Counted from the first letter of the whole stretch, positions 1-13,270 are shown. The stretch is 63,593 nt of DNA, filler included, from Octopus bimaculoides (GCF_001194135.2; 6 parts of 6 records of this genome joined end to end with filler, not necessarily neighbours in it); one strand, 5' to 3'. Notes: generated by a model not told the origin, from the sequence alone. A program made the numbers and translations.

Positions 1-398
1 TTCTGTCTTTCTCTTTCTCTCTCTGTGAAAGTATCTGTCACTACAGTATCGAAATGTGATTGTTTCAGTTGGTGGAATAGTTTCATTTTTAAAGTGAAAG
101 TATTTGACATGAATGTTTTTGTTTCACTTTTGACACGTAATACTTAAATAGTGGAGGAGATATTATGTTGTCGTGGGCTCGAACTCTGCAAGAAGTTAAA
201 ATCTTTTTTGACTAAAACAATCTGGAACCCTAAGTAAGGCATCTGTAAAATTTGAATGAAATTGGTTGCGTAGTTCTCGAGTTTTAGGGATTCACACACA
301 CAGACAGACAGACAGACAGGCAGTCATACAAACAGACAGACAGACAGACAGACGGATAGACAGACATACAGACACATTCTCATTTTTATATATATAGA
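1..398 (-). mobile_element. Helitron-type 5' terminus (element runs off the window start)
   Basis: Minus strand reads A|TCTATATATATAAAAATGAGAATG, then a (GTCT)n microsatellite, then ACTACGCAACCAATTTCATTCAAATTTT. This matches the usual Helitron 5' layout (TC start after A, internal tetranucleotide repeat). No 3' end in view. Confidence 0.6.
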
Positions 399-738
399 TT
401 AACCTTAATATATATATATGTCTGTTCATATGTGAGCGAATATGCATACATATATATGTGTTCACACACACAAACACACGCACACACACACACAGACACA
501 CGCGCACAGACACACGCGCACACACACATATAACACATATACACAAATATATATGCATCCTATGCATATAAAGACACCAATCAGTCTATCTATCATTTTA
601 TTTTAAACATAATATATATGTATGCATATATACACAAACACACATACACACATATATAGTGAAAGACGCATATTGACAACGCCGCTCTCTCTCTCTCTCT
701 CTCTCCCTCTCTCTCTCTATCTATCTATCTATCTATCT

Positions 739-1778
739 GAGGAATACCTGACCCGCCTGTTTAAGACGACCTTCGGGCCGGGACCTATGGACAACTTCCA
801 GAGACCCCTGGCCTGGCAGCGCTATCGAGAAGCTCTACCCGTTCGGGATAAGCTCTACAGGCATGGCTCGAGAGACACGGGGCCGACCTGTCCGAGATGC
901 CGGCAGAGCGACGAAACCGTTCTGCACGCACTCGTACAGTGTCCCACCATTTCCGAGCTTTGGGCTTACGTCNNNNNNNNNNGGGCCGACCTGTCCGAGA
1001 TGCCGGCAGAGCGACGAAACCGTTCTGCACGCACTCGTACAGTGTCCCACCATTTCCGAGCTTTGGGCTTACGTCGAACAACTGCTATCGCGTGTGGGAC
1101 GAGTCGGTCCATCAGCCGAGTCTATCGTGAATATTGTCGCGCCTCCTTCTTTTAAACTGGAAGGAAGAACTATTTTCATCGTACTTGTGGCTATGGCGAA
1201 AAAATGCGTATGGTGGACGCGTCTGAAAGGTCTAGAGACAAAGACTTTCCTCTCTGGGCAATCTCTCATCGACTTCTTCAAGTATCATCTGAAGAGGAAG
1301 GTGAGAGTAGAAAGGGAAGTCTTGTCTAGTGAATGCTTCAAAAAAAGATGGGTGAATGTAGCAAGGATGGCACGTGTGAATGACGGAGCCACCTTGAGCA
1401 TAACACTATAAAAGAGTAAAAAAAATCCAGACAAAAAGCAAAAAAGCAAAATAGAGTCACTTACTGTTATAGTTTCTGTAATGACAATATTGACCAATGC
1501 TACCGTGGTCTTTTCCGTAGGCTTTTCTTTCCACGGCTAAACCTAAACTGTCCTCCCCTCTTTTTACACGAGAACATTACTGTGTGATACACGATCCCTA
1601 TTGATCGCTTTTTTTTCTCTCGATCCCTTTTGATCGAACTCCCCCCTTGTTCCCTTCCTACGATCCCTTTTGATCGACACACCCCTATTGTTTTTTTTTC
1701 CTTCCCCCTTCCAAAAAGAAAAGCTCTACATTGTATTTGTTCCATCTTTGTTGAGCCCTGTGTGGCTAATAAAAGAAA
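739..1778 (+). mobile_element. 5'-truncated L1/Tx1-clade LINE (ORF2 C-terminus with zf-RVT/CCHC region plus 3' UTR)
   Basis: Translation LAWQRYREALPVRDKLYRHG...CPRCRQSDETVLHALVQCP...MAKKCVWWTRLK, stop at 1411. The frame is open once the 93-bp gap duplication is removed. The 3' UTR ends AATAAAAGAAA at 1768-1778. Confidence 0.85.
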
Positions 1779-2978
1779 TGTATATATCTATCTATCATAT
1801 ATCTCCCTCTCCCCTCTCTATATATCTATAACCGTATAGTATTAGAAACATTTAGAACAATATAATGTCATTGACTAGACATAATATCGAAATTTGATTT
1901 GTTCTGAACATGATATTAACAAAGAAGAGCCTCTTGGCAAATTGACAAAAGAGAATTGCTTTAGGTCTCTGTTGTAGAAAATATTATTGAAAATTATAGC
2001 AAAAATATATTTGTTGATATTGTATTAGAATTTTACTTTACAACTGCATATTCCAGGTCACTGTGTCAGATATGGTAAGAAATAACATTGACTTCAGTTA
2101 CCTATTTAAGCTTAATACTAGCAATTCTTATTCCGTAGACAGTGTTTGAGGCAGGGGTCATCAATAACTTCAATTGATTTGACCTGTATATTACTCATGT
2201 TTTAATATAAGAATTTGAACAATGTGAAGACATACAAAAAATAGCATGTTCAAATATCAATGAATAAAAACGGATAACTACTTCCTTAAATATAAATTAG
2301 TGAGAGATAATTGAAATTCAAAACCACCTCATTAAAATTCTACTTGATAGCAGAATACCAAAGTAGTTTGGATTAGGATTGGCATTGATATAAGCATAAA
2401 TACTCATCCATAATTTTTTTTGTCATGCGAAAGAAAACGTCTGCGCATTTTCATATGGTATTATATAAGAATGAANNNNNNNNNNNNNNNNNNNNNNNNN
2501 NNNNNNNNNNNNNNNNNNNNNNNNNNNNNNNNNNNNNNNNNNNNNNNNNNNNNNNNNNNNNNNNNNNNNNNNNNNNNNNNNNNNNNNNNNNNNNNNNNNN
2601 NNNNNNNNNNNNNNNNNNNNNNNNNNNNNNNNNNNNNNNNNNNNNNNNNNNNNNNNNNNNNNNNNNNNNNNNNNNNNNNNNNNNNNNNNNNNNNNNNNNN
2701 NNNNNNNNNNNNNNNNNNNNNNNNNNNNNNNNNNNNNNNNNNNNNNNNNNNNNNNNNNNNNNNNNNNNNNNNNNNNNNNNNNNNNNNNNNNNNNNNNNNN
2801 NNNNNNNNNNNNNNNNNNNNNNNNNNNNNNNNNNNNNNNNNNNNNNNNNNNNNNNNNNNNNNNNNNNNNNNNNNNNNNNNNNNNNNNNNNNNNNNNNNNN
2901 NNNNNNNNNNNNNNNNNNNNNNNNNNNNNNNNNNNNNNNNNNNNNNNNNNNNNNNNNNNNNNNNNNNNNNNNNNNNNN

Positions 2979-4333
2979 NATAGCTTGGAAATGTGGCTAT
3001 CCGGGCACTTGAAGGCATATCTGAGAGAGCGACTATAAAAAGCAATGGTCCTAAGACAGTGCCCTGTGGAACACCTCTCATTATTTGTGTTTTCATAGAG
3101 GTGGCTCCATTAGCCACTACTGCCTGACTTCTATCTTTCAGAAAGTCATGTCACCACTCTCCAAGTTTTCCAGCTATGCCAAGATCACGCAGTTTGTGGC
3201 ATATCACACCATGATACACTTTGTCAAAAGCTTTTGCAAAATCAAGGTATATTACGTCCACATTTGAGTTGTTGAGTAACTGCGTCAACACTTAGTCATG
3301 ATGTTGTAAGAGCTGGGTCAGGTAGCTCCTACCTGGTCGAAAACCATGTTGGGTATCACTCAACAATTTATTTTCTTCAATGAATGCGATTAGTTTTCCT
3401 CTGACTATCCTTTCCATGACTTTGCTGATGTGTGAAGTCAGAGAGATAGGCCTATAGTTTTTGGCATCTCCTCTGCTTCCCCCTTTATGGATTGGGTATA
3501 TTATTCCCTCCTTCAGCTTGCTTGGTAGTCTGCCGTTTGCGAGAAAGCTCTGGAGGGGTCTTGCCAGGGCATGCTTACACGATTTAAGGACGATTGCTGG
3601 GAAACCATCAGGGCCAGCAGTTGAGTTTGTGTCCACTTCATGTATAGCTAGGAGTACATCTTCTTCGCTAATGTTGATATATTCCATTGTAACTGCCTCA
3701 CTGGTTATAGGGGAGGTAGCAAAGAAGTCCACTGGTTCGTTCACTTGTCTGTGCTCCAATGGAGTGGTGAAGACACTTTTGAATTGCTCATTCAGTACCT
3801 CACTGATCCTAGTTGGACTGTCTGTGACGGTGCCATCCTCTTCGGAGAGGGGTCCAATCTTGCTGCGTACTGAGGCTGTTTCTTTTGCGTAATCAAAGAA
3901 GGCCTTTGGGTTTGACTTAATGTTTTTTATAACCCAGGCTTCTTTGTCTGCTCTCTCTCTCACATAGGATTGTTGCAGCTTTTTTCAATCTCCATCAGTG
4001 TCGTTTTTAGGCTGGACCTTTCGCCATTCTTGGGATGCTGGTTGAGTTGATATGCAGCTTTCGTCCGTCGTCTCATGAGGATCTTCCTCTCCCTTGGAAT
4101 CTTGTTCCTATTTGTTTTGGCCTTGTGCTCTGGGACATATTTCTGGCATATATCTTGCACGGTAGACATGAAACATTCTAGTTTCATGTCAATGTCTGGT
4201 GTGGAGAGACATTTTGGCCAAATCCTCTCTGAGTATCTCTTTCTGGATCGATTTCCAGTCCGCTTTGTGGAAGTTCAGATTGGAGAGATTTTGGGTGCTT
4301 CCTTTAGGCTGTATGTCTCTGGTTTCTTTCGGC

Positions 4334-4335
<2 letters not shown>
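2979..4335 (-). mobile_element. CR1-clade LINE ORF2 fragment (linker and RT domains), pseudogenised
   Basis: KSNPKAFFDY...KIGPL...IYPIHKGGSRGDAKNYRPISLTSHISKVMERIV...QHGFRPGRS...YLDFAKAFDKV...GVPQGTVLGPLLF, with stops and frameshifts. Runs into an N gap. Confidence 0.9.
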
Positions 4336-4374
<39 letters not shown>

Positions 4375-4475
4375 TGTATACCTGCATCTCTCACAGACAC
4401 TCACCACAATACTCCGAAATGTTAACGTCAAGGTAGGTGGTGCTGCGAACTGATCTAAGTGTATACACACTATGT

Positions 4476-4886
4476 ATTCTTTCATTCTTTTATTTGTTTC
4501 AGGCATTTGACTGCGGCCATGCTGGAGCACTGCCTTTAATCGAGCTATCCGCTCCCAGGACTTATTTTTGTGTAAGCCTAGTAGTTCTTTTTTGGTCTAT
4601 TAGCCCAACTGCTAAGTTACGGGGACGTAAACACACCAGCATCGGTTGTCAAGCGATGTGGGGGGGGACCCAACACAGACACAGACACACATCTATACAC
4701 ACACACAAACATATATATATACGATGGGCTTCTTTCAGTTTCCGTCTACCAAATCCACACACAAAGCTTTAGTCAGCCCGAGGCTATAGTAGAAGACACT
4801 TGCCCAAGGTGCCAAGCGGTGGGACTCAACCCGGAACAATGTGGTTGGTAATCAAGTTACTTCACCACACAGCCACTCCTGCGCCT
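4476..4886 (-). mobile_element. Full-length tRNA-derived SINE, family A (head, internal microsatellite, tail)
   Basis: Head AGGCGCAGGAGTGGCTGTGTGG (A-box-like), GGGTTGAGTCCC (B-box-like), CORE-like ACCTTGGGCAAGTGTC, and tail GCAGTCAAATGCCTGAAACAAATAAAAGAAT. Many similar copies in the window. Resembles octopus SINEs as I recall them; exact family not assigned. Confidence 0.85.
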
Positions 4887-7299
4887 AAACGAGATATATT
4901 CTCCATGACAAAACGCAGTAAGTAGATTGTTCCCCAGTTCCAACATGCATCAAGCATATTTGGACTGACAATAACATTGCAATTTTTATAATGATATTAG
5001 AATAGCGAGTTTTATTTTTCCAGTTCAGAAACTAAAGTTATTATTCTTATGATGACACATCTTAATATACAGTAAAATAGTAATTTAAATTTCATTTGAC
5101 GAACTAGAAAATTCTTTATATTTTATTCCTATATTTTGAAATCATTGGTGTCTATTTTCTGATAAAATTCTTGTAATACTAATAAAGAAAAATATGTGAA
5201 TGATATTGTCTTACGAATTCCAATTTAGTAGGAAAACATCTAAACTAGGTATGAATAATAGACAAGGCAATTCGTTGAGATTTCTTTACTGTGATCGAGC
5301 TTTCCAGTGACTTGCTTGTTGCTATGTAAATCTTACACTGGTTAATCCTGTGTCAAGGAAGTTCAATTAATTTAACAGTCGAACTCTTACAAAAAATACT
5401 TTCTATAAGAACGAATATCTCGAGATTTGACAAATAATTAAGTTCCTTTGGGAAGCTAAAGAGAAATATGACACCATTTAAAATGATAGAAAAAAAATCG
5501 ACGTTATATGATTATTCTACAGGACGTGTTGCGAATCAGGATAATTTGATATACCCGTAGACATGTACATGTGAATAATGCATGAAACATAATGCAAAAT
5601 AAGAAATAATATCTATAAAATATCGATTATTATAGTGTCAAAACAGATCTAGACATCACAGTTTCTCCTCTGAAATTCGGTGGTAGCTATAATGCAGGTT
5701 GCTATGAGTTTAGTCCCGTAAAAGTACCCTGTCTAGGAAACAAAATCACAGAGTTCTTAAATGATGGTCTGAAATATATTACTTTAATCAACATTAATTG
5801 TCATTTTGCCAATCAAAATTCTCAATTTTGCTTCATGTTACTTTTCTATGAATATGATGTAGAAGCCACTACCTAATCGAATAATATGTGAATTGGTCTT
5901 TTACTTTATTCACCCTGTTATACATATTTCGCCATATAGATAATCTGCTCAAGTACTTAAATATTTTTATCGATAAACGTTTTGAAATGCTGCAGGAAAA
6001 GGAGACAAAATAAAAAAAATGAAACTCTTCATCGACACTAAATGCACAGATTTCTAAAGCTTAATATAACATTTATAAAATTACATTGAACATCTCGAAC
6101 TTACTTTGATTAAATGATAGTTTCCAACTTATACTCAACAAAACTAACATCAATTTCTGAACAACGTATCAAAACCATGATATCTGAAGTAAACTTCAAA
6201 GAGAACCGTTGCGTCAGAATAGTTTGTAAGGTTGGCATCAATTAGAAGTCACTGTTGTTCGAATTTTAATGATTTATATATTTATTTCCATCGTTGTATC
6301 AGCGACGGCGTGTAAGATAGCGTCTCTTATTTCATATTCATGACGTCTATTAATTCGCTTTGTACATCAATAACAACACACTTGATTTAGTAACAATAAT
6401 GCTACATATAAACGAAGGAACTCTCGTGTTGTTCATTAAGACGCTAGAAAGAGCAGTCAAATTCCGCCTCCCCACCTCATATCACATCCTAGGCTTCAAA
6501 GATGTACACACTGAACAGAATAATCTGGGTTTAATAGAAAATGGTTTTATAATAGCTGATTAATCACGAGCAAACTAACCTTAAATACCATCAATTAAGC
6601 GATCACTCCTAAGACAGAGTCGATGTAGTTGTAAGAATAGATAAAAATAGTAGCTTTTTTCTCCGCAACTAATAGTAAATTATTTAAATGATACTGATAA
6701 CTGCTACAAAATGATTGTAGTTGGACTGTCTTTGATCATATTTTGCTACAAGGACAGCTGGAGCGCAACAACATGAAGAAAAAAAAGTGAACTATTTTCT
6801 TCTTAAATGTACAGAAAGCATTGTGTTAGTTACGACTTCCCCTACTGAAATAAATAAGAGAAAAAAAAAACACAAATGAAATAAACGAAAAGTCAGCAAT
6901 CGAAAGAATATTTTTATATCATTATACTTCTCCATACATATTCTCTAGAAAAATACAAAGCATCAGCTTCTCTATTACAAGTAGGGTTTCTTTTCGGAGC
7001 ATAATATATAGATATAAATTTCGAAAGGAATGACTGAGCAGGTATCATGTAAAACTTCAATCATATACAGTGTATACATATACACATTCATACACATGAA
7101 TGAGAAAATTATAGGTTAGTGGATAGAAATTTTCTCATACGAATTAATACTTTAATCCGAATAAAATCTCAGGCGGGAACCCATTTCCTAACACTTGTCC
7201 ACCCCTCTCTTTCAAAGGTGATATCTTACATGCAAGCCTGTTCATCATTTCTGAAATCTGTGCCCCTGATAACAAAATCTCTTCCCTGCCTCGTGATAT

Positions 7300-7510
7300 T
7301 ATGTACTTGCCCTAGATCGCTAACCACTACACACATTTTTTTCTCTCCTTGTTTCTCTACTTGTTTCTTTCTGTGTTCCTTTCTGTGGAAGAGCGTAGGC
7401 TTGAAACGTTTAAGATTTTTTCAATTCCCGATCATTATACTAATGCATCTGTTTGTTTTCTGCACCACCTGTCATCGTCAGTTGTTTATTTTTTTGTGAA
7501 TCCTCCCTAT
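7300..7510 (+). mobile_element. Penelope-like terminal repeat with hammerhead-like motif
   Basis: Aligns by eye with the reverse complement of 25795-25905 (TAGATCGCTAACCACTACAC...TTCCTTTCTGTGGAAGAGCGTAGGCTTGAAACGTT). PLE assignment is inferred from the hammerhead-like motif and pyrimidine-rich layout. Confidence 0.55.
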
Positions 7511-7625
7511 ATATATACAAATATATATATATTTATATNNNNNNNNNNNNNNNNNNNNNNNNNNNNNNNNNNNNNNNNNNNNNNNNNNNNNNNNNNNNNN
7601 NNNNNNNNNNNNNNNNNNNNNNNNN

Positions 7626-7662
<37 letters not shown>

Positions 7663-7849
7663 ACATTGTTAAAATACGTGGAGTTTAGTTTACTGGTGAC
7701 CTAACGGAATAGGTACGATGAGTAAGTTATCTAATTGGTCATCCGATACGTTCCAAGTTCATAGCTGATGCTGGAGATAAGGATCCGTATTAGGCTTTCG
7801 TGTTACCACGTATATTTTATATTAGAAGAAAATGGACAACGAAAACCAA

Positions 7850-8100
7850 GAGAGTACGATTATATCAAGTTATTTAAAATAGTTTATTTAGGGTAAGGTG
7901 AAGTTGAAGTCTTACAGCTGTTACTGGGTTATCCCAATTGATAGAATAACATGTTCATGGACTGAGAATTCCCTCATCAGAAACAAGGTGAGTATGCAGG
8001 AAAGGTCTAGATAGGGAAATTCATAGCTAATAGGAATAAAACAGAAGAATAAACAGGAAAAGTAGATAGAATAAAACAGGCAAGAAAATAAGTATATAGT
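7850..8100 (-). mobile_element. Penelope-like terminal repeat remnant with hammerhead-like motif
   Basis: Minus strand has CTGATGAGGG...CCCAGTAACAGCTGTAAGAC, with a pyrimidine-rich upstream tract. Confidence 0.5.
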
Positions 8101-8911
8101 ATATACAGTACATGCGCAAATATATACATATATTATATATACTTATAAGAAATATGTATGTACGCATGTGTGCAAGTTAGCGCATGTGTGAGTGTGTCTG
8201 TGCGTGCACAGCTACCTGGAATTTACAATTCTTGTAACTATTGATACGTATTTCATATATAAATGCGAAATAATATATTTACAGTTACGTTCATATAGGA
8301 ACACGTAAATAATCAAAAACAGATTGAAGCTTTCAAAGGAAGCAAATGGCATAACATAATTTTTATTAAATTCAATACATTTTGATGTATAAAATAATAT
8401 ATATTTCTGCATATAGTAAATATACTACACATTATGTCAATATATGTGATTCTAAGAAAATATTTTAATAAATATGACCATATAAAAAAACACTCTATGA
8501 AATAAATGTAAACTTATGTAGAGCAATATAATATTATATATTACACAAAGTAAAGTAATGTAACTCAGAGTAACGTAATATGATATAAAGTAATTCAGTA
8601 CAATGAAATATAATAATATGTAATATAAAAATGTAGATAGGGGAACAAACTCACACATGATACAAATATGAACTCATAGTATATTGTAGGATTTTAATTT
8701 ATTGATGGATACGCGTATTAGTCTATAATGCATTTATTTGTTTCAGTTACAGGCCTGTGATCATGGTGGGAACAGCCTTGTGGCGGTTAATCCATCATAT
8801 TTCCCTCAGAGTCGCGTACATATTCTATATTTCGATTTTTGTCAAACGCTGTCACTAAGCAGAAACGTAACATATTGCCAAGTGTTAGAGGGCAAAAACA
8901 AACACAGAAGC

Positions 8912-8928
8912 TGCTGCTACTACTACTA

Positions 8929-8968
<40 letters not shown>

Positions 8969-9135
8969 AGCAGAACCTCCTCCTCCTCTTCTTCCNNNNN
9001 NNNNNNNNNNNNNNNNNNNNNNNNNNNNNNNNNNNNNNNNNNNNNNNNNNNNNNNNNNNNNNNNNNNNNNNNNNNNNNNNNNNNNNNNNNNNNNNNTGCT
9101 GCTGCTGCTGCTGCAGCAGAACCTCCTCCTCCTCT
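8912..9135. repeat. Compound trinucleotide microsatellite (TAC)n-(TGC)n-(CCT)n spanning an N gap
   Basis: Directly visible. Confidence 0.95.
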
Positions 9136-10071
9136 TTGGGCATTAAATATTAAATATATCCTGAAATCCTTAACATTCGGAAGTGAAAATTCAGTAATAC
9201 AAACAGAAACATTAACACACTTCTCCCACTCCATACACACTCATATAAGCTCACATTTTTATGCGCACATGTTTTTGTATAAGTAACAAAAGCGTTTATA
9301 AATTTTCGTTATACCAATTTAATCCATATTACAACGAAAGCCTGTTGATAGAGATATATTTTGTCAAAAGATACAGCAGCAAAATCTTCTGCACAGATGT
9401 CTTTATTGAGAAAAATGAGACCTGTAAATGATACCGTTCCGAAAATCATTTATTCAATACTTCATTCCATTTCGCATAATCCTCTTACATTGAAATCCGA
9501 CAGTCACAAATTTCTACACCATGTTATCAATACATTTTAAACTAATCGACTATAATTTGATTCTAGTCATTCGATTTCCACTAACCCGTAACCATTCTTT
9601 CTTTCCTTTCATCCCAAGCTTAACATAGAGCCACTCTTACCATGTTTTAATTTTTCCATTATTTTTACCTTCTATCAACTACTAAAATTGTATTCCCATT
9701 TGTAATCATCGACTAAATTTGGGCAACAAAGATTTGCTTTCATAAACAGAAAATCGAATTTCTGAAAGTACGACTGATAAATTTACATACAGACGACACC
9801 TTGAAAGGACGTTAGTTATTGATACTAATATTTGCAGGATTAAATCCCAACCCAGAGGGGAAAACGTCATCAAAGAAATTCTAATTTATACAATTATATT
9901 AATAGGGCCTACTTTCTAAGTTTCTAATAAAATTTAGGAGAGGTGAATGATGATAATTAAAATTTATATTCCAGTATCTCTTTGATAGTACTACGCAAAT
10001 AAGATTAACATTCGAGTTCCACAAACGCGCGGTCAATTACACCTGCAAGCGCAATTATATACATACATACA

Positions 10072-10119
<48 letters not shown>

Positions 10120-12299
10120 ATTATATATATATATATATATATATATACATACNNNNNNNNNNNNNNNNNNNNNNNNNNNNNNNNNNNNNNNNNNNNNNNN
10201 NNNNNNNNNNNNNNNNNNNNNNNNNNNNNNNNNNNNNNNNNNNNNNNNNNNNNNNNNNNNNNNNNNNNNNNNNNNNNNNNNNNNNNNNNNNNNNNNNNNN
10301 NNNNNNNNNNNNNNNNNNNNNNNNNNNNNNNNNNNNNNNNNNNNNNNNNNNNNNNNNNNNNNNNNNNNNNNNNNNNNNNNNNNNNNNNNNNNNNNNNNNN
10401 NNNNNNNNNNNNNNNNNNNNNNNNNNNNNNNNNNNNNNNNTATATATATACACATAAATAAGCCTCACATACAAGCTACATGAAATAAAAACAATCAGAT
10501 ATTCGAAATTATTAACAATCTTTGATGCACAGAATTTGTTTTGTAAATTACTGTTAATGATCTCTAAATCTGTTTCGCGAAATATATTCACAAACATATG
10601 TAAATATATTAGCATCTCTGTGGCTTAAGTTACCGTGTATAATACTCTGGAGAGATTCACCGCTCCTATTATTTCTGAAATATTTAAGATGCAATTCAAA
10701 GTTAATATATATGTAGGTGACCGCTTACGCAACATAATAAAGGAGTTCTCTTAATAATGTTAAGGGAGTTCGCAAATTCCTCTTATGCTTTCCTCGTGAA
10801 ATTATGGGCTATCGCTTGCCTTGACATCCGGTTAATTTCTTCAAGTAAACTTGTGTTTACTAAGATGAAATAAACCGATTTCAATATCGTTTTATATTTT
10901 ACTATCTATAAAACATTATACTTTATAACTTCATTGTTTCTATGTGGTACCTCACTGAGAATAATTTAGACGCCGACAGGGATAAAGCAGGGCAACGTTT
11001 CACATGATTTTAAGAGTAACAGATACATTTATTTACTACGTAAATTCAATCATCGAAAACAATATACCACCGGTAATCATTTCTGTAAAATGTCATTATT
11101 TTTTTTGCTTAAATGAACTTAATGGTTTGTTAACACTTAAAACGAAGCTTATATACCATTTCTAAACAAGCATAGACTATTATGTGTATTATATACAGTT
11201 TTTGCTGGTCAATTAATTGTTTCATGAAAGAACATAATCGAAGAAAGTAAGCAAGAAAAGCAACAGAGATTGTCATGAGAAGGCAAAAGGATGCAATGAC
11301 AACGACTAACGCGATGAAACATTATATTTACTACATAAATATGCCACACTTCCTTATATTACCTTTGGTGTCAAACTATAGGGACCACTCAACTCATGGG
11401 TCACACTTTAGAGTACACAAGCAATAACTATTCCTAGTAGGGAACTTTAAGTGTTGAGTAATTAAAGAAAACCATACGGAAACTCACCCTGAGACGGTTA
11501 ATAATACAAAATATCGATGTTGTTTAAAACAGAATATTAATTCACTTGTTTTTTTTTTTATTAGTGTGAGAAATATTTAGCTAAATTAATATACTATTTT
11601 TAATAGATTCTTTTTCAATTTAACAATTGGTATTGAATATCAAAATCTCTATGATCTAAAGATTAGAGATACATTAATCCACCGTAATTGTCTTTCGTAA
11701 ATTCATTTGATAATCAAGCATATAATCTTCTTTGAATTTTGAGCTCTTTCTTTGACACTGATTCCATTCCCTTTCACAAACTGAAAACTGAATAACTTTC
11801 CATTTGCAATTTCTGATCAATTATTTTCACGTCCATAATTTTCGAATATATTTCGTTTTCGAGAAAATTCCAATTTCATTATGTCATACATTTTTAGTTC
11901 TTGTTCAAAGGATAAGTATTCAATATTTATCTATTGTAACTGTCATAGATAGACAGGCTTCGATCGGTTTGGTGAGTATATGAATGAAATTTATGCAATA
12001 CACGTTTAGCACATATAAAAGTCATAACACTTATCATAATATTGGATTATTTGAAAATTTAGTACGCGTACGTTTTAAGAAATATGCTTTATTACGTATG
12101 TCTACAAACATGGTCTATCATTTTAAAACGAATTGCCACGTCTTAGAGACATTTTAGAATGGAATATTTTTATAGAGCTACTTTTGTAAACAAATCTTCC
12201 GGCACACATACTCACATTCGCACATATGTCTATGATAGTATATGCGAATATACACACGCAGACAAAAGCACATATACAGAGGTGGAAGGGGGTACATTG

Positions 12300-12605
12300 T
12301 AAGTTGTAGCGTGTTGGATGGTAGATAAAAAGAAAGAAGATGCAGCGGTATATGAAATTCTGAGTGCGGAGTGAGAAAACTAAGATGGGATCAACGTTAC
12401 AGGCACGGGGAGAGGGGATTAGTTAAGCGTTGGTGAGTAACGAAGTCGGCAGAAAAGATGGGCCATATGTTTAGACGACGCCTACGGAAAGACAGTGTTA
12501 CGTTTACAAAGAAAACGTAAACGAGGAACTGGGATAGTGGACAGGTGGAAGGTGGTAAAACCAAGGTTGGAGAGATGTTGAGAGTCGTTGGGCTTATACA
12601 CCATA
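12300..12605 (-). pseudogene. Possible highly degenerate Penelope RT thumb-region fragment
   Basis: Minus translation YKPNDSQHL...STIPVPRLRFLC...KHMAHLFCRLRYSP...IYHP loosely follows the PLE pattern YKPTD..SIP..LR.LC..M..FF..RGY..LTYHP. Confidence 0.35.
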
Positions 12606-12619
12606 CATCTTCTCAAACA

Positions 12620-13270
12620 GCACATGCTGAAATCATCTCAGACTAAACCAATGAATTTTTTCTCTGGTCAAAACGGACTCCCAGGAAAAAACAAATAAAC
12701 ATCGAGCGAGCCGACCGAACCAATGACTATTTCAGGACCCAACTGAAAAGAACTGAAGGTAATCATGATGCAAAAACACATTACCAAGTCCCTACCAGGA
12801 ATTCAACTAAGCAAAACTCTGAACTTTGCCAGAAAAAATATTTTATGCAAAATGGAAAACAAATGACACCACGAAACTTATAAAAAGTCAGAATTGCTCC
12901 TTGCCTGTTGTCAAGAAGGAATGAGATCGTTCGACATACAATTGACGCCATCAATGAGCCAAATATCAAGGACACTGGAATTTATCAAAACAAAGACATT
13001 TTGACCAAAACATCCACGAAAAACGCAAAGGGCGTCATCAAATTTGCAACCAATCAAAACCTGATTCTTTACCATGAAAACATACTACTTGCACTTATTA
13101 ACATTTCGATGTCTAACAAGCGAACAAGGTGAAGAGACCCCTGAATTTCGAACAAAATTGAGCAAGGAACTACATGCACTACGACAGAAATTATTAAAAG
13201 AAAACAACTTTTTCTCTTTCTTTCCCCATTTAGAAAAAAACAAACACAGAAGATAACGGAACTGTGAATC
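12620..13270 (+). pseudogene. Possible degenerate L1-like post-RT fragment
   Basis: NFARKNILCKMENK*HHETYKKSELLLACCQEGMRSFDIQL resembles the L1 'L.LP..EGG...DI' region. Multiple stops. Confidence 0.3.

Noticed and set aside
880-1075. Perfect 93-bp direct repeat (880-972, 983-1075) inside the Tx1 ORF
   Set aside because: The copies flank a 10-N gap and are identical. This is an unmerged contig overlap, and it also creates the chimeric ORFs in the track.
2420-3012. Long ORFs made largely of X (also at 10.0, 14.8, 31.5, 35.9, 37.1 and 44.6 kb)
   Set aside because: These are translations through N gaps and are not evidence of coding sequence.
6290-6480. CpG-containing patch with TGACGT and CCGCCTCCCC motifs (possible promoter)
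   Set aside because: No associated exon or start site is visible, and such motifs are common by chance.
8947-9135. Duplicated (TGC)n-CAGCAGAACCTCCTCC block and poly-Q/A/S/L/C ORFs
   Set aside because: It flanks an N gap and is probably an overlap or allele. The ORFs are microsatellite translations.
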